From Deltaproteobacteria bacterium (GTDB lineage: Bacteria > JAGRBM01 > JAHCIT01), in assembly GCA_026129095.1 (NCBI GenBank), contig JAHCIT010000002.1, forward strand, positions 1 to 64,000: DNA of 64,000 nt, read 5' to 3'. Numbering within the stretch: the first letter of the stretch is position 1; every line of letters starts with the position of its first letter. Positions 1 to 10,500 of the stretch are shown here, in pieces. The notes beneath the pieces are model-generated. The model did no database searches and was not told the origin of the DNA. It worked only from the letters and a program-made list of their open reading frames with translations. The translations under genes and the position numbers were made by a program.

Positions 1-69
1 TGGGCTTGGGGGCCGGGCCCAACGGGGGGGAACGTTTTTTTTTCCAACCCCCCCCCCCCCCCCCCCCCC

Positions 70-1740
70 GATAACACCGTTAACGTCAATATAATTTCGT
101 TCGAACTCGATTCTGAAATTATTCGAGATGGCGAGAGCGCCACGCTTTCGTGGACGGTCGAAAACGCCACAAGCTGTTCCATCGATCAGGGAATCGGAAC
201 CGTCGATCCCGAGGCAGGTTCGGTAGCAGTCAGTCCAGATACCGATACGGTTTACACGCTCGAATGCTTGCAGACAGGCGACAGCGATGCCGCCGAAGCG
301 GAGCTGACGGTTTACCCTGCGGCCGGAACGTTCGATAACGCAATCCAGGAAGGGGGGACAGGAGGCGACGGATTGTATGAGATGGCGGTCCACACCAATG
401 GGTCGCTGTACGTTTCCGGGGCCTATGGCACCTCGGATTCCATCTGGGGCGAACCGCCCTCACAAACGACACTATCCGCTTCCGGTGCGAACAGTAACGG
501 CGTTTTCGCCAAATACGATTCAAGCCTCAACCTTGCATGGGCCAAGCGGCTCAAAAACGTTGTCGCCACGAATCTCTCTTTCCTTGGCAACGGGCAGGTC
601 GTAATCAGCGGAACGACAGCGGGCGACGCAGAATTCAATCCAGGCGAATTAAACTCCATACCACTCACTAATACGGGGTATAATCCTTTCGTCGCCGTTG
701 CGGATTCCGATGGCACAGTGCTCTGGGCGCGCTCTGCGACTGGCGGGAGTTCTGTTGGAGCCGGAACTAACGATTCAGCGAGGCTCAGCGATAACTCGAT
801 ACTGCTCATCGGGAGTTTCTCAGGCTCCCTGACGTTCGCTCAGGGAACGCCGGGTCAGGTGACAATCACAGCCACCGGTGTCGCCAGTGGATTTATCGCC
901 AGATATGAAAGTGACGGGGATTTCCTCTGGGCAAAAAGGATAACGGCAGGAGGAACCGGAAAAGTATATCCAGCGGCCGTGTCAGTGAATGCCGACGATA
1001 CGTTTGTCATTGGCGGTGCCATTTCGGAATCGGCGATATTTGGCCCCGGTGAAGCCAATGCCACGACCTTGACCGCAACACCTGCTCCGGGATTTGGCTA
1101 CAATGCTTTCATTGCAAAATACAATGCCAATGGGACACTGGCGTGGGCCAAGCAGGCAACCTCAGGAGCCAATTCCGTCATTTACGATATGAGCCGGATG
1201 GCCGGTGGCGATCTGATCGTGTCTGGTCATTTCGGCTTCTCACCAAGTTATCTCTCAGTGACGATTGGGCCGGGTTCCACGTCACCTGTCATTTTCACGG
1301 GAAGCAATCATGATCAGCATGCATGGATGGGGCGCTTCTCCGCATCCGGCGAACTGAACTGGGCCAAAAGAAGCAGCTCCGGAACGGCCAGCATCTGGAG
1401 AAACACGCTATCTAGCGGTGAAGACGAAGTGTTTTCTATGGGATCCTGCTCCGGCGGGACTGTGTTTGGCGATGGCGAAGCCGGAGAAATGGCGATTCCG
1501 GGTGAAACCACAAGCGTCTTCTCCTGCTTCACCCGGTTTTCCAGTTCAAATGGCCTGCTTCAGGATGGCTTTGCGTTCCCAAAATCTTCGAATTCGTCGC
1601 CGTCGTTTGCCATATTTGATGCCTACCGGATGGCCTACGGCGGGAATCTCGGGGAAACCACGATTTTTGGAGAAGGCTCAAACCAGAAAACGATCGTTCC
1701 CGCCGGGGGCGATGCATTTATCGCCACTTACTGGAAATAA
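70..1740 (+). CDS. Surface/secreted protein, 5'-truncated: Ig-like beta-sandwich followed by beta-propeller repeats
   Basis: The frame of ORF 268..1740 stays open back to about 70 (DNTVNVNIISFELDSEIIRDGESATLSWTVENATSCSIDQGIGTV). It then has about 6-7 repeats of F(I/V)AxYxxxGxLxWAK (FAKYDSSLNLAWAKR, FIARYESDGDFLWAKR, FIAKYNANGTLAWAKQ). Confidence 0.7.
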   Translation, partial: DNTVNVNIISFELDSEIIRDGESATLSWTVENATSCSIDQGIGTVDPEAGSVAVSPDTDTVYTLECLQTGDSDAAEAELTVYPAAGTFDNAIQEGGTGGDGLYEMAVHTNGSLYVSGAYGTSDSIWGEPPSQTTLSASGANSNGVFAKYDSSLNLAWAKRLKNVVATNLSFLGNGQVVISGTTAGDAEFNPGELNSIPLTNTGYNPFVAVADSDGTVLWARSATGGSSVGAGTNDSARLSDNSILLIGSFSGSLTFAQGTPGQVTITATGVASGFIARYESDGDFLWAKRITAGGTGKVYPAAVSVNADDTFVIGGAISESAIFGPGEANATTLTATPAPGFGYNAFIAKYNANGTLAWAKQATSGANSVIYDMSRMAGGDLIVSGHFGFSPSYLSVTIGPGSTSPVIFTGSNHDQHAWMGRFSASGELNWAKRSSSGTASIWRNTLSSGEDEVFSMGSCSGGTVFGDGEAGEMAIPGETTSVFSCFTRFSSSNGLLQDGFAFPKSSNSSPSFAIFDAYRMAYGGNLGETTIFGEGSNQKTIVPAGGDAFIATYWK

Positions 1741-1749
1741 GGAGAGTCC

Positions 1750-2058
1750 ATGAGCGACGAAATCACCATGGGAAATGACGAGTTCATCCTGCATTTGAGG
1801 AAACGGTACAAATGGGGTGGAGATAACCGGCTGTTGGGTGAAGAAATTTGGAGAACCATCCAGGAACTAGACAACAATGCCAGGCAGGAACCGGAAGGAA
1901 AAGCTACGCCGGTCTTATGGCCCACCGAGGGAGAAAATATTGCTCCGGATCGGTTGCCGACAGCCGCACACCAGTTCGTATTCAACCGTGAAATTCTTCC
2001 CGATTTATACAGAAGACTCGGTGAGATTGGCAAAAGAATCAAAGGGTCTTTCTCCTAA
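1750..2058 (+). CDS. Hypothetical protein (102 aa)
   Basis: AGGAG RBS just upstream; starts 9 nt after the previous stop; protein-like composition. Confidence 0.65.
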   Translation: MSDEITMGNDEFILHLRKRYKWGGDNRLLGEEIWRTIQELDNNARQEPEGKATPVLWPTEGENIAPDRLPTAAHQFVFNREILPDLYRRLGEIGKRIKGSFS

Positions 2059-2155
2059 TACACTTCCAGAACTCCGAAAGTAGATACCGAAGTCGCCGCC
2101 ACCGGGTGAAGTCACCGCATCCGGCAGTGGCACTGGCCACGGCGCCGTGAGTTGA

Positions 2156-2473
2156 TCACTCCCCCGCCCGCGCGAGGATTTTCTCCGCCTGGGTCTCCAC
2201 AGCCTCCGCCGGACTACCGGCCGGAATCTCCATGAGGGGTGCGATGTCCGGGCGGTCATGGCCGGTGCCGGGCCAGATATGGATACCGCCGGGCAGGCTT
2301 GAAAAGACGAACGCCCGGCCACCGGGGAGTTCGAACCGCAGACCCGCCAGCATCCGGCCGCCGGGGAGCGTCCTCCGGACAAAGCGGCTCGAACCGCCAA
2401 GTGCCTTCACGCGGGCGATCAGCACCTCCGACAGGGCGAGCGCATAGGCTGGAAAATCCGGGGCGTTCTGCAT
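2156..2473 (-). CDS. Hypothetical protein (~105 aa)
   Basis: Internal ATG (MQNAPDFPAYALAL...) of ORF 2156..2581; fills the gap between flanking genes. Confidence 0.5.
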   Translation of the reverse strand: MQNAPDFPAYALALSEVLIARVKALGGSSRFVRRTLPGGRMLAGLRFELPGGRAFVFSSLPGGIHIWPGTGHDRPDIAPLMEIPAGSPAEAVETQAEKILARAGE

Positions 2474-2586
2474 GACGGGAAGAATAGCTGTCCGGCCCCT
2501 TTCCTGCTGCCCTGAAATAAATACAGCCCGTTTTCGGCAAATCCGGATTTTTCGTCTATCCTGCCGATTGACGCGCTGCATCCGGC

Positions 2587-3564
2587 ATGGGGCCGGAGCG
2601 GAATGTGTTCGCGCAGGAACTCTCCCCCATGCCAGCAGATATCGTTTCCACTGACCACGGCGTCCGGATCGGCGACCTCGAAGTGCTGTTCGGTGTCGCG
2701 GTGAAACGCCAGCTCCTCCGGGCCAACTCGCTCATTCTCCACGGCCCGCGTCCCATCGTGGTTGACCCGGCCGCGCAGGAGCCGCGGCACAGGGAGCTCG
2801 CGGCCGGAAACCCCATTCTCTATTTCACCCACTACCACGCCGACCACCGGGCGGCCGAGCACGTGTACCCAGCCTCCACGGAGGTATGGGCGAGCGAGGC
2901 CGACGCCGAGGCGATCGAGAGCATGGAGTCGTTCGTCAACCGCGTGGACCGGGGCAGCGACGGCGAGCAGCTCAGGAACTCCATCCGGGGCCTGCAGATG
3001 ATGTTCCGCATCGGACCCAGAAAGGTCAGCCGCCGCGTTACCGACGGCGGCCTGCTGGAGGCGGGCGGCTGCACGGGGAAGGTCATGGCGCTCCCTGGAC
3101 ATACGCCGGGCCATTCGGGAATTTACTTTCCCGGGCAGTCGCTCCTGTTCATCACCGACATCGACCTCACGGCCTTCGGCCCCTGGTACGGAAACGATGC
3201 CTCCGACATCACGCTGTTCAAGGCATCGCTACAGCGCGTGAGGGAGTTCAAGTGCGACTACTACTTCACCTCGCACGGCGAGGAAGTGCTCACCCGTGGC
3301 CGGTTCCTCGAAAAACTCGACGCCTTCGAGGCCCATTTCGACCGCCGCGACCGGCTGCTGCTGGAGGCCCTCTCGACCGGTGAGAAATCCGTTGACGAGC
3401 TGTGCCGGCTGGAGCTGGTCTACCGGTCGAAGACGCTCGCTGCGATGGAACACATGATCCACTTCGAGCGCAAGCATGTGAAAAAGCACCTGGACCTGCT
3501 GGAGGCTGCCGGCAAGGTCCGCCCGGTGGATGAAAGCCGCCGCCGCTACCAGCTCACCGCATGA
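2587..3564 (+). CDS. MBL-fold metallo-hydrolase with probable C-terminal winged helix (true start possibly 2629)
   Basis: THYHADH (HxHxDH), PGHTPGH and TSHG metal-binding motifs. Confidence 0.9.
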   Translation: MGPERNVFAQELSPMPADIVSTDHGVRIGDLEVLFGVAVKRQLLRANSLILHGPRPIVVDPAAQEPRHRELAAGNPILYFTHYHADHRAAEHVYPASTEVWASEADAEAIESMESFVNRVDRGSDGEQLRNSIRGLQMMFRIGPRKVSRRVTDGGLLEAGGCTGKVMALPGHTPGHSGIYFPGQSLLFITDIDLTAFGPWYGNDASDITLFKASLQRVREFKCDYYFTSHGEEVLTRGRFLEKLDAFEAHFDRRDRLLLEALSTGEKSVDELCRLELVYRSKTLAAMEHMIHFERKHVKKHLDLLEAAGKVRPVDESRRRYQLTA

Positions 3565-4205
3565 GAACCGACAGGAACACCTCCGGATCCGGTCCGGCCA
3601 ACGCCCGCGGCGTTTCGCTCCTCTTCAGGCTGTGGAGCCGCTTTTACGACAACCCGCTGCCCCAGCAGCTTTACTACCGCCGGGTTCACCGGAAGATCCT
3701 GAAGAAATGGGAACCACGGCCGGGCGAGAAAATCCTCGATGTGGGATGCGGGACGGGGATGTTCCTGCGTGATCTTGCCGTGCATTACCGGGGACTCGAC
3801 CTGACCGGTCTCGACTTTTCAGGCGAAATGCTTGAGCAGGCCCGCCGCCCCCTGCCGGGTGCATCGGGTGGCGAACCCCAGTTCGTCCAGGGGTCGGTCT
3901 ATGAAATGCCGTTTGCGGACAACACGTTCGACACGGTACTGAACACAATCTCCTGCCACTTCTATCTGGAGCAGGTCCGTGCGTTCCGTGAAATCTGCAG
4001 GGTGATGAAACCCGGCGGCCGGTTCCACTGCGCCGCAATCCGGTACGGCGTCCGGGGGCCTTTTGCGCGCAACTCGCTGACGGATATTGCCGTCTACTAT
4101 CCGCCGGAGATCATGACGGACCATTTCACAGAGGCAGGGTTCAAGGTGCTGGGCTACGAGGATCTGTTCCCGAACGTGGTGATTTTCCGGCTCATAAAGC
4201 CCTGA
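3561..4205 (+). CDS. Class I SAM-dependent methyltransferase
   Basis: ILDVGCGTG motif I, GLDFS, MPFADNTFD, RVMKPGG. ATGA overlap with the upstream gene. Confidence 0.9.
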   Translation: MRTDRNTSGSGPANARGVSLLFRLWSRFYDNPLPQQLYYRRVHRKILKKWEPRPGEKILDVGCGTGMFLRDLAVHYRGLDLTGLDFSGEMLEQARRPLPGASGGEPQFVQGSVYEMPFADNTFDTVLNTISCHFYLEQVRAFREICRVMKPGGRFHCAAIRYGVRGPFARNSLTDIAVYYPPEIMTDHFTEAGFKVLGYEDLFPNVVIFRLIKP

Positions 4206-4399
4206 TTTTCCGGAAAAAGGCCGTCCTTCAGGCGTAAAGCCTCCTTCGCACCTGCCGCATAGGGCGGTGCGTAGGGGGGTTCCCGTTTCAGCCAGGATAA
4301 CGGTGTTCCGGCCCGGAAATCTGTGGATATCACACCAAATCGCCTTTTCGTGCAGGTGTTTCGGACTGAAATACCCATATTTCATCCAGTTTCCCCTTT

Positions 4400-4415
4400 T
4401 GGTACCCACCTTGCT
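4400..4415 (+). promoter_or_regulatory. Putative sigma-54 (-24/-12) promoter of the PKS
   Basis: TGGTACCCACCTTGCT: GG-N10-GC with TTGCT, about 150 nt upstream of the PKS start. Confidence 0.55.
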
Positions 4416-4568
4416 GTAGCGGGCCAAACCGGGAGGCCCGGAGGCTCCATCCGTTATTAAAGCCGGATGACCGCTCCCTTCCAGAAATAACAGGCGACAC
4501 TCGAAACCGGACAGGCTGTAAATGCCCGTCCTTGTTTGGGAGTTCGCGATGAAAACGGAGACAGCCGC

Positions 4569-7500
4569 GTGAGCGACGCAGCAGGCGAGATTTGTTTTAC
4601 CCTTTTTCCCCCATCCCGGTATTTCGATGCGGAGGCCCGGGCCCTTCGGGCCGCCGGTGCACTTCCCGTAGTGGATCTTTCCTATGCCGAGGCTGACGCA
4701 AGGGCCAAAGTCCTCGCTGCTATCCCGGCGGATGTCTCAATCGGTGTCATAATCGCACCCGACCTTGCTCCGGCGGAACTTTCCGGCCGCTCCATTCAGG
4801 CCGTGATCGTTCCTGTTGACTGGGAACTCGATGAAGGGGTGGACCTCGCCCAGTTCATCGCCCCCTTCCGTGCATTCCCTGTTTGGGTCGAAGTCACCTC
4901 CCGCGCCGGATGGGAACGTGCCTCGAAGGCAAGTCCCGCAGGCATCATCCTCAAGGGATTTGAGGCGGGTGGTGTCGTTGGCGAGGAGTCCAGTTTCATC
5001 CTCCTGCAGCGCTACGAGGGGAAGCTACCCGTCCTCGTTCGCGGCGGTATCGGACCCGATACGGCCGCCGCTGCAGTGGCAGGCGGTGCCCACGGCGTCG
5101 TGACCGACATTCAGACGTGGGGCGCGCTCCCGCTGGCTGACGATATCCGCCAGGCCATCCTGTCGCTTCAGGGAACCGATGCGGTGACGCTCCGCCTCAC
5201 TGACCGGCACGTGATCCGGGTCGCCGGCAAGATGGGCGCCAAGGCGATGCGGACACTCCGCCAGGCCGAAGAGGCAATGCTGGTGGCCACCGTCGGCGAG
5301 CGGACGCCGGAAACCGACAAGATCCGCTCCGAGCGGGCTGAACTGCTGTACCGGGAACTCCAGAAGATCTCGACCGCTGCCTTCACTCCCGAAACCGGAA
5401 AGGTATTCGCCGTTGGTCAGGAAGTGGGCTGGGCCAAAACCTATGCTGCCCAGTACAACACTCCGGCTGCCATTGCGGCTGAAATTCTCAAGGTAATGAA
5501 GTCCTCCCCGCGCCGGGCGACGGAACAGTTCCCCTGGGTGGAAAACTCGGCCTTCGCCAGATCAGTGGGAGCGAAACTCCCCATATTCCAGGGACCGATG
5601 GCCCAGACAAGCGATGTCGCCGCCTTCGCCGAAAAGGTCATGGACCACGGCGTCGTGGCAAACCTCGCGCTGGGCAACATGCCGGGGACAGTTTGCGAAA
5701 AGCTCCTCAAGGACACACTGGCCATTTCCAGGGGCCGTCCTTTCGGCGGCGGGATCATCGGCCTCGAAGCCAACGCCTTTTTCCGCGACCAGCACATTGC
5801 ACATATGAAGGCACTCCGTCCGCCGCTTGCTGTCGTCGCCGCCGGTACGACCGAGCAGGCACTCGACCTCACGGCGGCAGGTATCCGGTCATTCCTTCAC
5901 ACGCCGGTCCACACGCTGCTCGTAAACGCCATGGACCAGGGCCATTCCGATTTCATTCTCGAAGGAACCGAAGCCGGCGGCCATATTGGAAAGCTCACCT
6001 CGTTCGTCCTGTGGCAGTCCGTCATGCAGGCGCTTCTGGACCGGCCGGCCGGTCGCGCCGCCAATGTCGTGCTGGCTGGCGGATTCGGCAATGCGAAGGG
6101 TGCGGCGATGGCCGCCGCCCTCTGCGCCCGTGCCCAGGCCGCTGGTCACACCTTCGGCATCCAGATGGGAACGGCTTTCCTCTTCACGAAGGAAGCGGTC
6201 GAAACCGGCGCCACCTCGTCCATGTACCAGGAGGTGCTGGTTGAACTGGAGCGGACCGAAACCATCGGCGACACGGTGATGACTCCGGCCCGCATGGCTC
6301 CGACTCCCAAGCTTTTTGCCATCCGCCAGAAGGAATACGAGCGGATGAAGTCGGGCGAGACCCTCGATCACCGCAAGCACCTCTACGAAAACGACAACCT
6401 GGGCGGACTCCGGGCCGCTGCCAAGAAACAGAAGATCGAAAAGGTGCCTGAAGGCGGCATCCGATTTGTAAATCTGACCGATAACGAGCAGATGGACCTT
6501 GGTCTTTTTCATGTCGGCATGTGTGCTGCGCTCCGCCGGGAGATCACCACCATCGCCGAAGTGGTCGCCGACAACACGGTTCGTGCCCGTGAACTTCTGA
6601 AGGCCCGTGTGGAAACGCTTTCCCGTCCGTCCGCACAGGCCCAGCCGGCAGTCCAGATTCCCGCCCAATCCCCGGTCCAGAATCCGGCGCTGCCTCCGCA
6701 GGCTCCCGCCGCCTTCAAGGGGGCAAACGGGCACAACCACGAAGGTATTGCCATCATTGGGCTGGGCGGCATGTTCCCCGACGCGCAGAATATCCCCGAG
6801 TTCTGGCGCAATATCACAACGGGCAAATATTCAATCCGCGAGGTGCCCGAGGACCGCTGGGCAACGCGGCTTTTCTATTCGCCCGACCGCAACGCCCCGG
6901 ACAAGAGCTATTCCAAAATCGGCGGATTCCTCACCGAGCCGGAGTTCGATTCCAAGTCGTTCCGGATTCCGCCGGCCGTCGCCTCGACGATGGACCTCGC
7001 CCAGCGGGTAAGCCTGCTCGCCGTGCGTGAGGCACTCCAGGACGCGGGCTATTACAATGCCAAGCCGTTCGACAAGACCCGCTGCGCCGTGATCGTCGGC
7101 AACTCGCAGGGTGGCGAAAACACGCACCGCTACGCCTACAGGCTGGCACTGCCGATGATCCTTGAAAAACTGGAGCAGGATCCGGCGTGGAAGTCGCTGC
7201 CGGAAGCGCAGCGCCGGGAGATTACCGGAAATATCTCCAGGAAGTTCCTGGGCGAACTGCCGGAGATCACTGGCGGCTCCATGCCTGGCGAACTGCCGAA
7301 CGTGATCGCCGGACGCATCGCCAGTGTATTTGACCTCTCGGGACCGAACTTCGTTTGCGACGCCGCCTGCGCCGCGTCGCTCGCCGCCGTGCACACGTCT
7401 GTGCTGGGCCTTTTGGCGGGCGAATATGACATGGCGATCACGGGTGGCGTGGATCGCGGCATGGACGCCGACAGCTACATCAAGTTCTGCAAGGTGGGAG

Positions 7501-10500
7501 CCCTCTCCGACACGATCTCCGCGCCGTTCGACAAGCGGGCAAGCGGATTCGTCATGGGCGAAGGCGTCGGCATCCTGGTGATGAAGCGACTCTCCGACGC
7601 CGTTCGCGATGGCGACAGGATTTATGGCGTTCTGAGCGGACTTGGCGCTTCCAGTGACGGAGCCGGCCGCGGCATCACCGCTCCCAGTCCCGCCGGACAG
7701 CGCAAGGCGATCGAACGGGCCTACCGGATGGCTGCCGGGCTTGATCCCAGGACCGTCACGCTGGTCGAGTGCCACGGCACTTCGACTCCGCTTGGCGATG
7801 CCACGGAAACGACCGTCCTGAAGGAATGGTTCACCGAACATGGCGCCACATCACACTCCGTGGCCGTGGGCTCGGTAAAGAGCCAGATCGGGCATCTGAA
7901 GTCGGCTGCCGGCGCGGCAGGACTCATCAAGATACTGCTGTCGCTCCACCACAAGACGCTGCCTCCCTCGATCAATTTCGAAAGCCCCGCCGCGGGCACG
8001 GGACTGGGCGAGGGCTCTCCCCTGTTCGTCAACACCAAGGCCCGGCCCTGGAATCCGCCTGCTGGTGTTCCCCGCCGGGCGTCGGTGTCGGCCTTCGGTT
8101 TTGGCGGCACCAACTTCCATGTCCTGTGCGAGGAATACACCAGCTCGACCCCGGCCAGGCTGACGGTCCCGGCAGAAAGCCGCACCCTGACTGCCGGCAA
8201 TGCGGCTGTAGCCTATGCTGCCCCGGCTGAACCCGCCGCTCCTGCACAGGCAGCTGTTTCAAATCTCCCGGCAGCTCCAGTGGCGCTCGTGAACATGGAC
8301 AAGGCCACCATCGAAAAGATCGTCGTCCAGACGCTCGCCGACCAGACCGGCTACGAGGCAGAGGATCTCGGCCGCACGCTTGATCTGGAGGCTGATCTTG
8401 GCATCGACACGGTGAAGCAGGCCGAGGTATTCGCGGCCCTCCGCGAGCACTACAGGCTGGAGAAAGACCCGAACCTCAAGCTCCGCGACTATCCCACCAT
8501 CGAGAAGATAGTGGACTATCTCGCCATGCGGCTTTCCAGCGGGAGTTCAGCGGCACAGCCCCAGGCTGCCGCTCCCGTATCCGAAACTCCAGCGCCACAA
8601 GCATCGCCTGTCAGCGTAAACAAGAGCGATATTGAGACAGTTGTCGTCCGGACGCTCGCCGACCAGACCGGCTACGAGGCCGAGGATCTCGGCCGCACGC
8701 TTGATCTGGAGGCCGATCTTGGCATCGACACGGTGAAACAGGCCGAGGTATTCGCGGCCCTCCGCGAGCACTACAGGCTGGAGAAAGACCCGAATCTCAA
8801 GCTCCGCGACTATCCCACCATCGAGAAGATCGTGGACTATCTCGCCATGCGGCTTTCGGGGAGCGCGGCCACTGCATCAGCCCCTGCCGCCTCCGCTCCA
8901 CCAGAACCGGCAGTCCAGGCCGCCGCAGAAACGCAAGCGGGGAACGACGGCCCCAGCTATGTGGTGGTTCTGGGCCATGACGCCGCCAGCCTGGCAGACA
9001 ACCTGGAGACCTGGGCCGAGAACCCCTCCGGCACCCGCTTTGGCAGCGGAAGCAAGACTGCCGCGTTCGGGTTCCTGAACCGTAACGAGGCGTCCAGTCG
9101 TGCCCGGCAAATCGCACAGACTGTGCGCGCCGGAAAGCGGCCACCGCCGGCGCTCAATGCGAAGCTCGGTGAAGCCCGGACAAAGAAACCCCGGATCGCC
9201 TTCGTTTACCCCGGACAGGGTTCCCAATATGTCGGGATGCTCCGCGAACTGATGGTTTACCCGGAAGTCCGGGCCACCTTCGAGGAAGCCGAGGCGGTGG
9301 TTTCCCCGCTCATTGGCCGGTCGCTGCTGGCAATCATCCACCCGGCTGACACTTCCGAGGAAAACCTCAGGCGCTGCGAGAACGAGCTCAAGCAGACGGA
9401 AATCACCCAGCCGGCGGTACTCACTGCCGACATCGCCATTCACCGGTTCCTCAAGGCCCGCGGATTCGGTCCTGACGCTGTGGCAGGCCATTCGCTCGGC
9501 GAATACGGCGCAGCCGTTGCCGCCGGAGCAATGTCGTTCCGCGACGCGCTGGAGGCGGTTGCGGCCCGCGGACGCGAGATGGCCAACGTCAAGGTGGATG
9601 ACAACGGACTGATGCTGATGGTCCCGATGGGCACGGCCGAGGTGGAGCCGCTTCTGGGCGGAATCCCCGGATATATCGAGGTCGCCAACCGCAATTCGCC
9701 GCAGCAAACGGTGGTCGGCGGGTCATCGGCTTCGGTCATGGCACTCAAGGGACTTCTGGACAAGAAAGGCGTTGATACCGTTCTCCTCAACGTCTCGCAT
9801 GCTTTCCATTCCAAGATCGTCGCACCGGCTTCCGAGCCGCTCCGACGCGTACTGGGACGCCTGGGTATCCGGTCGCCTGAAATCCCGATCTACTCAAACG
9901 TGACGGCGAAGCCATACCCCACCGGTGCAAGCGCACCGGCAGAGATCGTGGACCTGCTCTCCCGCCAGATTGCCGCCTCGGTGGACTGGATTGGTTCGGT
10001 CGAGAACATGTACCGCGACGGCATTGAGGTGTTCGTCGAGTGCGGCCCCAAACGTGCGCTGGCCGGCCTAGTGGAGGCGAACCTCAAGGGCCGTCCGTCG
10101 GTGGCGATCCAGACCTGCCATCCCAAGCGCGGCGAACTGCTCTCGCTGGTGGAAGGACTCGCGCATCTGTCGGCGGAGCTGGTGACAGACGACACTCCCG
10201 CCCCCGTGAAGGCTTCACGTCCGGAAACGGCCGCTCCAGCCCAGTGGCAGGAACAGCCGCAGGTTCCGGCCCAGCCCTCGCTTCCTTCCGCTGCCGGTCC
10301 GGCGTCTGCCGGGACGAACCCGCTCGCCAGGTGGATGAACGATCCGCGGTTTGAATACTTCTGGCAGAAGAACGGGCGTGCGGTCGAAAACATGATCTCG
10401 CACCTGTGGGCGGTGACGATGAACGAGGCGCCCGCGCGTACCGTGCAGTCCGAGGCTCCATCAGTCTCGCCACGGCGGCTCACCATCGCCATGTCGATGC

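Noticed and set aside
1-69. G/T/C homopolymer runs at the window start
   Set aside because: Looks like a low-quality contig-end artefact rather than a biological repeat.
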